Assembly (NCBI RefSeq): GCF_018350175.1
Contig: NC_058368.1
Span: forward strand, 236,656,001-236,720,000
DNA from: Felis catus
Lineage: Eukaryota
Direction of reading: 5' to 3'
DNA: 64,000 bases
The position numbers and the translations under genes are program-made. How positions within the stretch are numbered: position 1 is the stretch's first letter; the number at the start of each line of letters is the position of its first letter. Under the pieces are notes generated by a model. The model was given only the letters and a program-made list of their open reading frames with translations. It was not told the origin of the DNA and ran no database searches. Positions 50,488 through 63,953 of the stretch are shown here, one piece after another.

Positions 50488-50778
50488 CACCTTCTCAAAG
50501 AAACACAACGATGAACATAGGGGAAGGGAAGGAAAGATAAGATAAAAATACAGAGGGAAACAAACCATAAGAGACTCTTAGATGCAGAGAACAAACTGAG
50601 GGTTACTGGAGGGGAGGGGAGTGGGGGGATGGGCTAGATGGGGCTGGGCATTAAGGAAGACACTTGTTGGGATGAGCACAGGGTGTCGTATGCAAGGGAT
50701 GAATCACCGGGTTCTACTCCTGAAGCCAAGACTACACTCTATGTTAACTAACTTGAATTTAAATTGAAAAAAAAAAAG
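50488..50778 (+). mobile_element. 5'-truncated carnivore L1 3'UTR with poly(A)
   Basis: 'aaccataagagactctta...gagaacaaactgagggtt...gggcattaaggaagacacttgttgggatgagcac...tatgttaactaacttgaatttaaa' plus A-tail. Confidence 0.92.
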
Positions 50779-52997
50779 TGCCTAAAAAGTTTTTCTTTAT
50801 TTTTTTTAAAGTTTTTTACAAACACTTCTAGTTTTAAGTGACGTTAAGGAAACATTAGGATCACTTCTCTCTGATTTATTATGAAAACCTGTCAGAACTT
50901 CACGTTCCAGTGCTGAAGGACAGACAGTACTTAGAGGAGGTACATTTTGATCATTGATAAAAGCAGTTCCCAAGGTCTCAGACTAAACTGACCATCTATC
51001 TGATGGGTTTTAAGCCACTTCAAAGAAAAAGAAAGTGCATCTCTCAGCACCAATAAAAGGGTTTTGCTAAGAGTAGGGCGATCTGGAGTTCAAGGCTGGT
51101 TTTCAGCACAGGACGTGCACTCGCCTTGGCAGGGTCTCAGCTCCTGTCTGACTGGCGGGCCGTCATTTCCCCACGCGTGTTCGGGGAGTGTAACCCTGGG
51201 AGGCACCCTGGAGGAAAGGCTTCCGGGAGAATGTCCGGAGTCCTGAAAACCCCACCGTTAAACACTCACTTCTGTTTCTTCAGCCCACCCGCCTGGCCGC
51301 GAGCAGCCCCCGCCAAGAAGTAACCTTGTGTAGAGCGTCCCTCAGGTAGAGGCTGAGTTCCAGAAACTCATGAGTTCCTTCCAGGTCTTAGAAAATTTCT
51401 TGCACATTTTCCGATGAAGCACGTAAATGATGTTTATTTAAAAAGCAAAAAAATAGGGACTTACTGTTCTCTAAATGGGTGCTGGCTGAAAATCAAACTT
51501 ATTGTGCCAAGAAATGTCTTTCTGAAGAAGTTTGCATAAAAAGAAAAAAAAAAAAAACATAAACCCAAGAATCTGTTTCTACTTTAGAGGATGCGCCCAT
51601 CAAGGATGAGAACAGGCCTTAGTTTCGCTACTTTCTCTCTTCGCTATACATTAAACCTGTGATGACAGGAAGTGGGCAAAAAGAATCTGAATTCTGCTGG
51701 CTTTATTTTTACTGCTTAACAGCCCGATCTGGGAGCAAAATTAAATTTTGAGGTCTCGGTAGCCTCAGAAAGCCGTTTTTCAGGGGGACGTTTCTCTAGA
51801 ACAAGTAAAGGTTTCTGTGCGTATTCAGAAGCTAGCAAAATTCAGAGTTCGTGAAAATGCACAGCAAACACGAGACCAGAATGTAAACACCTGAGCTACC
51901 CTGAAACGAGGGACGAGGGGTGACCTTTTCAAAAATATAATCGGAAGCAATGCTAGCCGACTCACAGGTCAGACTGCATCCTTCAAGGATGCTTGTATCT
52001 TAATTTGTTTTTCCACCACATCCCTGCGTGTCCTACTCTCTCCATATTGCAACTTAATCGATTCATTGATGATAACTTTTTGGAAGTACCATTCTCAATG
52101 GTGACGGTCCTGCGCCATGTTACACAGGACATCTTGGAGACATTCGACGTACCTTGTGTTTGCCATCCCCATCCCTCCGGACGGTCCCCAGCTGTCAGCC
52201 CCACAGCCACTTCTTCAGAAAGAATTTTGCAGCCACGGTGTGACCTTCCCCCATCACACCTGTCCCTTTACATTGGCCTGCAGGAGTTTGAAGATTACCC
52301 ACTCTGGGTGGGGGCCGCTCTGTTTTTCGACACTGTTTCCCCTGCTCCGTGACAAAGTGGCCACATCCTGGCCCCACTGCTGACCGGGTGGTGGAACCAG
52401 GGGGGGTGGGCCCTGTCCCCTCTGTATGGGAGGGAATCCACAACGTCTGGTCCCCAGAACTGTGGAAGGAGACACCGCCCACAGCTACTGACATAGGGTG
52501 TGATTGACTAAGTTTTCCTGCTACTGGTCACACTCGTTCTAATGGCGCCTACTTGCCATCAATCAACCATTCTGCTTCCAGATAGAGTGGCTGTGACTGA
52601 GCCCCTGGCAGGGACAACAAAGGGCTGCCCAGAGAAGTAGGGCATCGATAGCATGATGAGAAGGACACACGGGGACCCATCTGCTTGTGAAGGAACGAGC
52701 TGAGAGCCCAGGCACTCTCAGGAAAGGACTTGTAAAGCCTGGGAGACCAGGGCCTGCCACTGGGTCATGTGGCTGCTGGCTCTCATCTCCCGCTGTCCTC
52801 CAGCCGCTTGAGATCTTGTCACCAAAGTCCCTTGACCGCGTGTTCCTCCAAACCCACGGCTTTCAAACTGGCTTAATGGACGCACACATCACTAGCATTT
52901 AAAATCAGTGATAAAGAAGCCAGTTGAATGCCATCTCTGGAAGCCCACAGTCTTGAGTCTCCGTGACCCCGATGGGCTCCTTCGTGTGCCCACAGGC

Positions 52998-53034
52998 CTG
53001 TCACCACGTGTCTGTCACCACGTGTCTGTCACCA
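52998..53034 (+). repeat. 14-bp tandem repeat, ~2.6 copies
   Basis: ctgtcaccacgtgt twice, then ctgtcacca. Confidence 0.9.
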
Positions 53035-55324
53035 TGGGCTGCCTGCGCCCTGCGTGCGACCCCGTGTGACCCCGGCAGGGCCCCCCCTCACACACCACAC
53101 ACGCACTGCTGTCTGCACAGGGGTGCGGGCATCTGGGGCTTGTTTTTATGTGAAGCTGCGAAGGGCCTTCTGTGCAGAGCTCTGCCCGCCCCCCCCCGTT
53201 CCTCACACGGGAATGATTTTGTTTTTGTCTGCTCGTCAGCAGCAACGTTGGCCTCTCCGAACTTTCGAGAAGGGCCAGGGTGTTTGTTCAGTCCTGGCCC
53301 TTGAACAACCTGTCGCCAAGGACTTGCCATCAGGGCTGCAGCTGAGTGCAGATATCCAGCCAACACCGGGCACTGGGCTGCGTGTCGCGGCTGTGACTGA
53401 GTCCTTGGTGCAGCTGGGACAGCGCCAGGAGGGCGGGGCTCGTGCGCCTCCCTGGGCTGGCATCACCGGGTGCCCCCACTGTTGTCCTGGCAGGGCTGGG
53501 ACCAGTAGGGCCTGCTTGCAGGACTCATGCTTGGGGCGTGGGGACTGACATTCCATAGGCCTGATTTGGGGACAGCATTATTAACTGCCCCGCTAAAGGA
53601 ACACCCCATACATATAAAATGAGAATAGACCAGGAATCAAATCAGAACAAGTGCACCGATATCGGATGGTGGCTCGGAGCCCCCGGCTGGCTGGCCGTGG
53701 GAGGGGCTGGGGAGGGGGTTCCTCTTGTTCACTCAGTGTGGATCTCTCCCCGGTAGATACACAGGTACCAGACAGGGAAGGGCATCGGTCTGGTGTAAGT
53801 GGTCCCGCCTCTACTGGGGACCCGCTGTCACCTAACACAAGTACTGGTTCGTCATTTAGATCATCGAAAGTCAGGAGCGGTGTTGTGAGCAAGATAACTT
53901 AACTTCTGTGTGCTCATCAAAATCCAGGAAGTAATTCAAGTATGGTGTTATCAAAGCAGGCAATTAAAATCTCAAATATCACTCTGAACAAAACAATTAA
54001 AAAGAACAGCCCTAGTTTTATTTATTTCTCAAAAGTTAAGGAGTGTTTTTGTGTGTTTATGGTTTGGGAGTCAGGAATCATTCTTTATGTCGTGCAGGTT
54101 CCAATAATGTGCATTCAGGGTGGCCCAGGGACCACCTGGAAGTTCACGAAGGGGCTGAAGCAACCAGGGGGGGGGCACAGCTCCCAGGACAGGGTGGAGA
54201 CGGGGAAGCCTTGGTGAAGCCCCACCGGCCTCACGGGTCCCCCTCCGCTCCGGAGCCGCACGTCTCCGCGCAAGATCGCGTTTTGTGTTTTTCAGCTCTC
54301 CTCTCCCGTCTTCCCTCCTAGAGGAGAGGTGGCCACCGTGTCTGGGTTAGAGACCCAGTTCTGCTATGCTCACCACCCGGACACTCAAGCTTTGAGCACC
54401 CTCATATTACACAGCACTTACTCAACACTCCTGTGTATTCATGTCCGCCGAAGAATGCGTACTCTCTTTGCTGAGTGTACTTTGTGCTGTCCCTTTCAGA
54501 GGCACTTGTGAGGGTGATGACACTTTCAGAGTTAAGGTGTCTGTTTACGTGCATGTCATAAGAACATTGTGGCCTGATGTTACCTGTTTCTACAGGCGCA
54601 AAGATACAGTGCTTCTCGGTGGCGATGAAATCACAACGTACCTACTAGCAGCTGATCCAATCTGCCATCATTTCAAGCTACTGGACATGGCTTCCCCTCT
54701 GTGTTTCTTCAGCACGTTATGTTTTAGGGGATCGGCCACTGCTGCCATGTTTCAAGGGAAACTGTTGACCCTATATGTCAGCGTCACTCTGGCCGCCTCA
54801 CAAAAGGAGCCAACACGGGAAGAAAATCATCCACTGGGTCCCCAGGCTCCACCTCTAGCACCGATAGGAGTGACACAAATGTTAGCAGGAAGCACAGTGA
54901 CCTCAGACTCTGTGCTCAATGCGAACAGAAACCACTCAAGGAGTCTCAAAAGTCCAGAGGTTCCCAGATGCATCAGGTTGCCCATTCTCCTCCAAACCTC
55001 AAAACACGACAACGCAGAAAAACTAAAACACCCACATTACGTGTGTGCAGAGACGTTCAGACTGTGCTGGGGAGCCCCTTGCCCAGCGACGTCCAAGGGG
55101 GCCAGTCTCAGAGCAGAGGGCGCACGTGGTCACAGACCGTGGCATCCCACCCTTAACCAGACACCTGCTGCCCTCCATCTTGGTTCCTCACCTGTAAGGA
55201 GGGGAGAGTCACACAGACATTGCTGCCGGGCTCTAAAGACTCTGAACATGCGTCTGTAAGCATGTGGCATGTGACAATCACTATGAAGTGTTTGCTGCTG
55301 GCTATGGAAGGTCACAGAGAATTA

Positions 55325-55565
55325 CCAAAAAGTCAGAAGTAAAGGGAACAGTATGTGATAAAGCAATATATGAAAGTCCCCTGGCTTATCAGTTCTCAAA
55401 AGGAAAATATTGGAAGAGGAGAAGAATGATCAGGAGTGACAAGAACAATGATGTTACCACCTGTGACAGAGTCGGTCCGCTTCCAGATCTGCATGGGGAC
55501 CGGGATGCTTTGGAGAATGTTCCACTGGTCCTTCCCTGCTAGCTCATGGGGGGGGATCACCGGTC
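55325..55565 (+). mobile_element. Ancient L1 (L1ME-type) 3'UTR remnant
   Basis: 'ttctcaaaaggaaaa...agaacaatgatgttaccacctg...tgctttggagaatgttccac'. Confidence 0.4.
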
Positions 55566-55589
55566 ACTTTACAAATGGACATTGGTGGA

Positions 55590-55817
55590 GGGGCAGCTGG
55601 GTGGCTCAGTTGGTTAAGCATCTGACTCTTGATGTCAATTTGGGTCACGATCTCATGGTTCATGGGTTTGAGCCTTGCATCGGGCTCTGTGCTGATAGCT
55701 CAGAGCCTGGAATCTGCTTGGGATTCTCTCTCTCCCTCTCTGTCTCTGTGCCTCCCCTTCTCTCCTTCTCTCTCTCTCTCTCTCTCTCTCTCAAAATAAA
55801 TAAACTTAAAAAAAAAA
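55590..55817 (+). mobile_element. CAN-SINE
   Basis: Head, (CT)n and A-tail present. Confidence 0.95.
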
Positions 55818-56530
55818 TCAATGTTGGTAAAACCAAAACCAAACAGACTACACAAAGACCCCGTAAATACACAGACAGGATCATAATGAATGGGCATGAG
55901 AGGATGATGAGTACCGTGGAAAGGCGCTAATGGCGAGATTTCATAATTGGTACCCCATTTACGAGAGGATATTAAGTGGAAAAGCAGCCAACGTGTTTAT
56001 TCTCGTACAAAAAATACAAACTGGGCCCGTCGTTTGATGAATACGCTTGAACTTGCGGAGTGGGACGTCTGTATGTAAAACAACAGGGGGGGGAAAGCCG
56101 CGTTATTTGGCAGAAGGGCTCACGGCTCCACACCCTGGAGTAAAAGGCTGATGTCGTGGAAGTCTGAGGCGAGGACACATCTCCAAGACTTCTCAATCTG
56201 TAGCCCATTTTTAATAACTCAGAAAAGAGTCTTCCGGAAACAGAAAGGAAAAGCCTGTAGAAAAAATGGCGAGTGTTTCCAGTTCAGAGGAGGGGTCCAT
56301 GCCTTCTGGAAACTTCTGCGTAAAAAGCCAGCAGAGGGCCTCAGCAAGGGGTTGGCTTGTCAAAGTCTCTTCTTCTTCAACAGCAACAACAACAACAAAA
56401 AAAACACATCCTTTCGAGCAAGCTCCATTTTTTAGGCAAACTTCTTGTTCCAAAGCACTGTTACCTAACACACGGTGCTGTCTGGATGCACTTTTTTTTT
56501 TTTAACAGTTTAAAATATTAAATACTCTAT

Positions 56531-56748
56531 GGGGTGTCTGGGTGGTTCAGCCAGCTAAGTGTCTGACTTCAGCTCAGGTCATGATCTCGTGGTTTGTGGG
56601 TTGGGGCCCCGCATCGGGCTCTGTGCTGACAGCTCAGAGCCTGGAGCTTGCTGGGGATCCTGTGTCCCCCTCTCTCTCTGCCCCTCCCCTGCTCACTCTC
56701 TGTCTCTCTCTCTCTCTCTCTCAAAAAGAAATAAACATTTAAAAAAAT
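56531..56748 (+). mobile_element. CAN-SINE
   Basis: Head ggggtgtctgggtggttcag, (CT)n and A-tail present. Confidence 0.95.
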
Positions 56749-57099
56749 GTTAAGTATTAAACGCTCTCTAAAGGTTAAGCAGGAGAATCAACAATTTTCT
56801 TTTAAGAATGACATATTTTACTAACAAACCTTTGTGGTCGCTTGTGTGTCTCCAGACCCGACGAAACCACAGTGGTTTTCTCCCACGTTGCAGATGTAGA
56901 AGATTTCCAGTCCTGACACAGGCCAGGCCTGAGAGCCTGTCTGTGTGACCACAGATCCAGCGTGGATCTCAAGAGGACCACGGCACCCGTTTCTTTTGGC
57001 AAGGCCCAGCGAACGGCGCTCCTGACCCGCATTCCACTGTGGTTATTAGTCAAAGTAATAGTTTATTTTCTTCACCAGAAAAATAAACCCTGATGCACT

Positions 57100-57510
57100 C
57101 AGCGCAGCGGCTCCCTGAGCCGCACGCGGGCTTTGTTTGACTTACGGAGTGCTCTTATTGAGAAAAAGTATTCAGTAATGGATGAGGAGTCTGTGAAAAC
57201 TTGTCCTGCAGGACATTAATTTGCCAGAATTATATGGCACTGCCACCGAGAGGGACCACCAAGGGTTATCTCGGGCCGGACGGGGCCGGAGGGGACGCGC
57301 CCGCCCGGAGGAGAGCCCGGGCCCAGGACAGCCTCCCTCTGCGCCCGCAGCCGGAGAGCTGCCTTCCGTGGGAAAGGCGGGCTGCCTGCTTGACACGAAC
57401 AGATGGGACGAACCACTTTTTTGGGGTCACGTTTAGACGGGAATATATGTACAGGGCAAAACTGTGGGCTAAGTTGCGGGCCGCGCCCCAAGCTCGTTGC
57501 TGGTGAGGAT
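57100..57510. promoter_or_regulatory. CpG-island-like element with outward-facing splice donors
   Basis: About 29 CpG in 400 bp; GC-box-like cgcccgcccg; minus-strand donor TCC|GTAAGT at 57145 and plus-strand donor CTG|GTGAGG at 57503. Confidence 0.5.
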
Positions 57511-60208
57511 TTTCAGATTTCCATTGCGCTGTTCACCCTGAAACAAAACGTTCCCACATCCGAGCTGAATTCAAGGGCTCACACCACTGTTGTTTTAAAT
57601 GTAGGCAGCATTTTAGGTGTGGAGGATGAAGCCTTAACGCCCTACATCACCTGCCTTTCAGCATCAACTTGAAAAATCTAACAAGGCAGTTTTTGTAAGA
57701 AATAAATTTCAAACAACTTCCTTGCAAGTAAGGTCATGTCATACCCCCCCCCCACCGGCTCCTCCTTTGTCACCATCTCGTTGGCCTCCCCGTGACACTT
57801 CACGCTGCCTTCCCTTCTCATGACTGAGTTCTCTGGGGATAAGAGCAGAAGAGAGAGGCGCCCCCAAATTCTTGTCCTGGGCAGGTGGTCCAGACTCCAG
57901 CACTTTGCCCAGAGCCAGCTCCGTTTTCCCCAAAGGCAGGTGGACAACACTGTCACCCGGAGATCTTGAGGGTGCCACTCAGCCCCTAAGTTTGCCTCCC
58001 CCGAGGAAGGAAGCATTGCCCTAGGACACCGAAGGGGTTTCCTTCTCCAGGACTGAATTCTGGGTCTTCACCTTTCTCTTGGGTCTACGCCTGTTTGTAA
58101 ACCACCGAGGCAAGATGGAACTGACCATGTCTAGCCAGGACCCTAGCAAACATCTGGACAGAACAGAGGGACTTGCCTTCTGCTTTTCTCTGTGACACCC
58201 CCAAACTATGAAGAGAAACACTAGGGCAAGGAAAGTAGGCACAGAAGACTCCATGTTCCAGGTCTTAATGTGACTTCCCAAGGGCCAAGGGGCTGGTCCC
58301 TATGGACATCAGCAGACACTTGACCCTGCTCCTGGGCCAGACACAAGGTCTGGAACCAGGCTGCAGTCACAGGCTTGTCTGGCCCGAGCCTTTGAGAGCG
58401 ACAGGGCACCCGGGTCACCTCCAAGGAGAATTTCCAGAGTAGCCAACCCCATAGATCATTCCTCTGTAGGATCCAAACAAAACAGAATGTGCCTACATTA
58501 TTTAATTCCTGTTGACATCTCTAAATGATAGAAGCCATGGTGTTTCTGGTGATAAAACCATTTATACTAAAAAATGTCCTCAAGATGAAGATATGCATAT
58601 ATGCGAACTAAACTCATTCAGTTAGAGTCAGTTCGTTATGCAATAAAATTATGAGTGCGTGTTGGGATGGATAACAGATTTCAAGGTTTCAGGTGAAGTT
58701 AGAGCCAGGTTGTGGGAGGTGTTAATTCAGTGAGATTAAAGCCAAAACCACAGAACCAGAAGAGCTCACGAACCACCCTTGGTTTGGAGAACCAACGTCT
58801 TCTGCCGATGTTCCCCTGTCGGAGCTGTCTGACTGCACACCCCTTGTGACTGATGGCTCTTGATTCCACCTCTAGACCCAGGGACCAAGGACATAGCTGA
58901 TGCCATTGGCCCAGTCAGGACCAATTCAGGGGCTTGTGCTGGAGAAAGTGCTGGCCCCTCCCATACTACGGCCTGGGCTCCTGCGAGCTGGGCTCTGAGT
59001 AGCAGGGGCTTGAAGAGAGCTCACTGTCCTGTCTACCTCTGCCTGGCACCCTTGGAGCACCAGGAGACAAGGACCTGTGCCCCAAAGTGGGTATGAGGCT
59101 CAGCGGTGGCCCGGGAACCCTTAGCCTGAGGCTGGCCCCCATGTAGCTGAGACCCCGTAAGGAGTTGCCTTGGACTGTAGAGCCAAACCCAGCCGAACCC
59201 AGGGCCAGGGGTCCCTGACACCGTGTGGCCACCGCCCCTCTCCTGTGTCCCCCTCTCCATCAGCAAGCTGAAGGCTTAAGTGCTTTTGTGTTTAGTCATC
59301 TGTAAAGACTCTGCTATAACATTTCCAAACACAACGGCAAGTGTTTGGTTTTTCCCAGGGTGACGCGGGGCCCTGGGATCGCCAGCACAGAGGCCACAGG
59401 GCCATGGCGGGCCACCGCTCACCAGTCAGAACCCCGGAGCTTTGTTCCACTTCGCACTTCTACTCCAGACCCCGGTTTCAGAGCCAGCCGGGCTCTGCAT
59501 CTGAGCAGAGCACTGCTCAAGGGGCTGGCCACGCCAGGCTCTGTGTCCAACCCGGGGAACTGCTCACCGGGCCACAGCTCCGGGCGGTGGCCGCCTCCCT
59601 GCTCCCCCTGCAACACAGCTCTGCTGTCCCTGCCCTCAGCCAGGGTCCACCCAGGAGTCTCCCCACCGCCTCCAGAGTGTGAGGGCACCAGCCTGATGGG
59701 GGACCCAGGGCAAGATTTCAATGCAATATGACAGAATCACAGGGAAGAAGAATGAAGTTACGCCCTGTGAACCCTCTTTGAAAGCAAAAAACAAAACAAA
59801 ACACAAAAAAACACCTTCCTCTCGAAGTATGAAACACGATTCCACAATGTGCCCAAGATTGTTCTGTTTGGGCGAATGAGGGAGGCTCGGCCGCATCTGG
59901 AAAACAGTCTGTGCGGCGGAGCCTTGAGAGTGCATGGCGACACTTCTTTAGATTAAAACTAAGCATCTCTTTTATGTTGTGATAATTGCCACATTTACTT
60001 CATTTAAATAAAGAAAAATATCACACAGTGATGGAATTTAGACTGTGGGGAGACTTTCATCTTTGAACAATTGCACGATATTTTCACATATTGAGATGCA
60101 ATTAGCGAAGGGGAATATTTCCTGAGCAGTGGCTTCTAATATTTTCTGAATCACTTCTTAGATTTTTTTTCCTTATTATGCTTTCCTATCGCTTCCATAA
60201 TTATTTTA

Positions 60209-60429
60209 TTTTTTTTTAATTTTTTAAATTTATTTTTGAAGGAGAGAGAGAGACAGACAGAGAACGAGCAGGGGAGGAGCAGAGAGAGAGGGAGACACAG
60301 AATCCGAAGCAGGCTCCGGGCTCCGAGCTGTCAGCACACAGCCCGACGCGGGGCTCAAACTCACGAACCGTGAGATCATGCCCTGAGCCGAGGTCGGACG
60401 CTTCATGGACTGAGCCACCCAGGTGCCCC
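60209..60429 (-). mobile_element. CAN-SINE
   Basis: Full length; 17-bp TSD cttccataattatttta at 60192 and 60432. Confidence 0.97.
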
Positions 60430-61859
60430 ACCTTCCATAATTATTTTAATGATCAGTTGCAGCGACGGTTTTGCAGCAAGGCTGGGCCCAGGGTTTTATC
60501 ACGACAGGTGCCCTGCCTGAGGTAAAGGTGGCCACCCTCCTGCCCGCATCACCTGCGCCCCCGAGAGAATGGGTGAGTTCAGCAAGTCCCCAGGGAGAGG
60601 AGCACTTTGTGATGTCTAGTTTCCAACCCCCATGTGTACTCATAATCAAACAGTGCCTAGTTACATTCCAATTACAACACACTAGGAAAGAAAAGGTTTT
60701 AACTTCAAAATAAATTTTACAATGTGTATGTATCTGATGGGGGGGGGGGTTGGAAATCCCTGAGTACATCGTGAAGTGTCCATTAAGGAGATATTTCAGT
60801 CATGAAAACTTTTTGCCTGGAGGGAAACTCTCTTTTTTTCTGGCCAGTGTTTGGGTATTTATCCTCAAGAATGAGTTTTGCATTTGAAATGGCAGCTATG
60901 AAGTGTATTATACACATATGACCAGGTTTTGGAAGAAAATCCTCCGGCAGAGCCCCGAGAGGTGTGGGTGTGGGTCTTGGGCATCCGCTGTGGGGATGGG
61001 GACCCTCAGGAAGGCTCTCTTCCGCTCAAGGCTTTGAGCATCAATTTAGATGTCCGTTGTTGTTCTTACTGTGATACGGCAGAGACCCCGAGATCGACCC
61101 CATTCATGCTTCGGAGCAAAAATAAATAAATGAGCCAGTTGAGTGTTTAATGAACTCAGACACACCATCAAAGGCCTGTGGGAAGGAGAAGCCCTTCCTA
61201 TGGGTTGTGGGCATTTCCCACACACGCGTGGGGTACAGGCATATCTATCTCACATGCTGCTTTTTCTTTCCCATGAGAAATTAAAAGTTGAATGTTGCAT
61301 CCAGCTCTTGCCGTGAAGATGTGGAACCAGCCTTTGCTGTCCTGAGCTGGAGTTCTGAAGGGTGACTTTGGGATCCAGGAGGCCAAGAACAAAGGAAGTG
61401 CTGGGGATTTGCTGGAACCCAATGCTCTGCTGGGGGAGGGGCCGACACAGCACCGGGCCCCAGGTGCATATCCCTCCTTCCCTGCACCCACCTCGGTTCT
61501 TACATCCCGACACAGAGTGAATCCAATAGTCAATAAACTCGGATCTTTGATAAAATAGAGCTTTCAATAAATTCTGAACCAAATTACCGAGTCTTCAGCA
61601 AATTACTGTCTCAACGCTCCAACAAGATCGAGTCTCTCAATTTACAGTGAATATCTCTTTCCCTTAGGCCTGAACACTTCCCATCTGGACAATGGGCAAA
61701 GTGTGTGACTTGCAGTTTGTGCAGTGGAATCTTGAATTAGACTGTTGGGTTTTCCTATGAATTCTTCAGACATAACGTGGCAGATGTCAGGCAGTCTACC
61801 TGAAGTGTCAGATCACCTCAGAAGGGGCCGGACAGCCAACAGAGCTAACGTTTCTCCAC

Positions 61860-62065
61860 ACACGCTGTGTCCAGACACGGGCCACACATTTCATACGTGC
61901 CATCTGTTCGGTCTTACGGGAACCTCATGTGGTAAAAAAGCACCATGACCCCGTTTTAGAGATGCGAAAGGTTAGGATTTCACAGCTTCCCAGACCCGCC
62001 TCAAGCGACAAAGCTGACTGTTGACACTAGATTTTGTGCTTCCCTTGCTCTGGAATCTTCCCCAT
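61860..62065 (-). mobile_element. MIR remnant
   Basis: 'ggtcttacgggaacctcatgtggta...ccccgttttagagatgcgaaa'. Confidence 0.45.
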
Positions 62066-62999
62066 GAGTCATACTGCATGTCACCTGACCAATGAGGAGG
62101 TGCCCCTTCGTGTGTGAGGAGGTACTCGGCAGGTTGAGTTTGAAGCAAAAACAGAGGGAAATAGACCGGCTAAGCCGGTTATTTCATGCCGTGGAGATGG
62201 GAATTGGCCACGTGGGTAAGTCTTAAACCATCCAGTGGGCTGACGGTGTAAGTGCATCAGATTTTCCTTCTCAAGCTTCAACAGACAGAAAAAAATTAAG
62301 AAGATACATAAACATAGGTAAATAAATCCAAAAAGAAAAGAGATAATTTGGGGGGAAAGTAAGTAATGAAAAATCCTAACACCTCTGTGCCCTTTTCCAA
62401 TAATTTCCAAATCCTGATAAAGGTTTCCCTGGTTGGCCCACCCATACCCTGCCCCTACCGATTTGGTCATGTTCATAAGTGAAAACACATGATAACCTAA
62501 TTTTTATTTCTGTCTCAAAAGAATATAGCATTATCTAGCTCTATTCAAGACATTAACTAGTTGGCAACCATTTAATAAGAGCTATGCGGTGATAACACAG
62601 AGATAAAATCATGCTCCACGTTCTATGACAAGCAATGTCAAAAAGGTAATTAGATATGTGGCTATTTTTTCAACATCTTCTTACCTATTCACATATCTGG
62701 AACTATTTAGATATTTGGCTAAATTGACAAATTCTGTGCATGCTTACATAAGACCGAAAACGTTATTAAATAATTTGAGAGACTGAGGCAACTCCTAGAG
62801 TTGACAGGTTAAGCAAAATGATTTTGCTTTATTTTGATTCTATTCTTAATCCACTCTTACTCATCTTTTATGTTCTACCAGATTAATCCTCCTAAAACTC
62901 CCCTAAATGGCACTCCTTACCGCAAGCCCACCACCCATCATGGTCCGCCAATCCTACGGATATGGTGCAACCCCATAAAGAAGCTCACATACCCCTTCT

Positions 63000-63160
63000 T
63001 TCCCTGACCTGGAATCACATGGCGGGGGCCACTGTTCAGTTCTGCTGGATTGTGGTGTGTGATGTTGCTTTCGTCTGCTCACCACTCCGAGCCTCTGTTT
63101 TCTCATAAATCGGGTCTGATAATATGCACCTTGGATACGTTTCAGCAAGTTGAGAGAATG
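63000..63160 (+). mobile_element. MIR remnant
   Basis: 'ccactccgagcctctgttttctcataaatcggg...ataatatgcacct...gttgagagaat'. Confidence 0.45.
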
Positions 63161-63174
63161 TATTAAGATGGTGT

Positions 63175-63480
63175 TGACTCCATTCAACACTCATCAAGTG
63201 CCCGCTGCGTGTTGTTCCAAGCAGGAAGGCTCGAGCAGGAACAGACACGGCCAAGCCCAGCGTTGGGGGAGTTCACGTGTGGGTGCACAAGGCTGGCCAT
63301 AAAGTGCACGGGTGTCAGGTGGTGACGGGAGGCAGGAGGGTGCTATCTCAAGTAGGTGGGCAAGGGTACTTGGTCTCTAAGAGATGATGTTTGAGCAGAG
63401 AACAGTGAAGTGAGGGCACGAGCCATGCATGTATCTGGGGGAAGAACATTTCTGGCAGAGAACACAAGTACAAATGTCTT
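63175..63480 (-). mobile_element. L2 3' remnant
   Basis: 'ccattcaacactcatcaagtgccc...gatgtttgagcagaga...gagccatgcatgtatctgggggaagaacatttctggcagagaaca'. Confidence 0.75.
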
Positions 63481-63639
63481 AACGGGATATTTCATCCTTA
63501 AATGCAAAGGTCATTATGAATTATGCCACTGTTTTCAATACAATTGTGTTGTGCCAGAGGTTTGTATAACTGATGAGTTAAGAAAACTTACTAGAAGTAG
63601 AGCTTATGAGGCAAAGTACAAGTCTACCTTTGCAGCTCT

Positions 63640-63945
63640 TCATTAACATTGCCAACATCCTCAATTACTTTTTTCCTCACTTTGCCTCACCAGGTATCCA
63701 TATATGAGAAGTTACATTTCCTGATATCTCAAATATAAAAAATGTAAATGATTCCTGATGTGATGGGTGACCTGGGGTAATCCCCATTATTTGCATTCAC
63801 ACATGTTTTGGCTTACTACTACGATTAAATCATTCACATGCTTTTATTTCCTCTTTGTATGTCGTCTTTTATAAATGCAATATTCACAGACTGCTAGGGT
63901 TTTTTTTATTCATATGTGTTTTTGTTGTTTTTATGAGTTTTTATA
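63640..63945 (-). mobile_element. Ancient L1 remnant
   Basis: T-rich degenerate text resembling the antisense L1ME ORF2 end. Confidence 0.4.
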
Positions 63946-63953
63946 CATAGAGG

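Noticed and set aside
50608..50648. G-quadruplex-forming G-runs
   Set aside because: Normal G-rich tract of the L1 3'UTR
54441..55259. Longest ORF in the window (272 aa)
   Set aside because: No recognisable domain, composition looks like non-coding DNA, and no supporting gene structure; BLASTp or PhyloCSF would settle it
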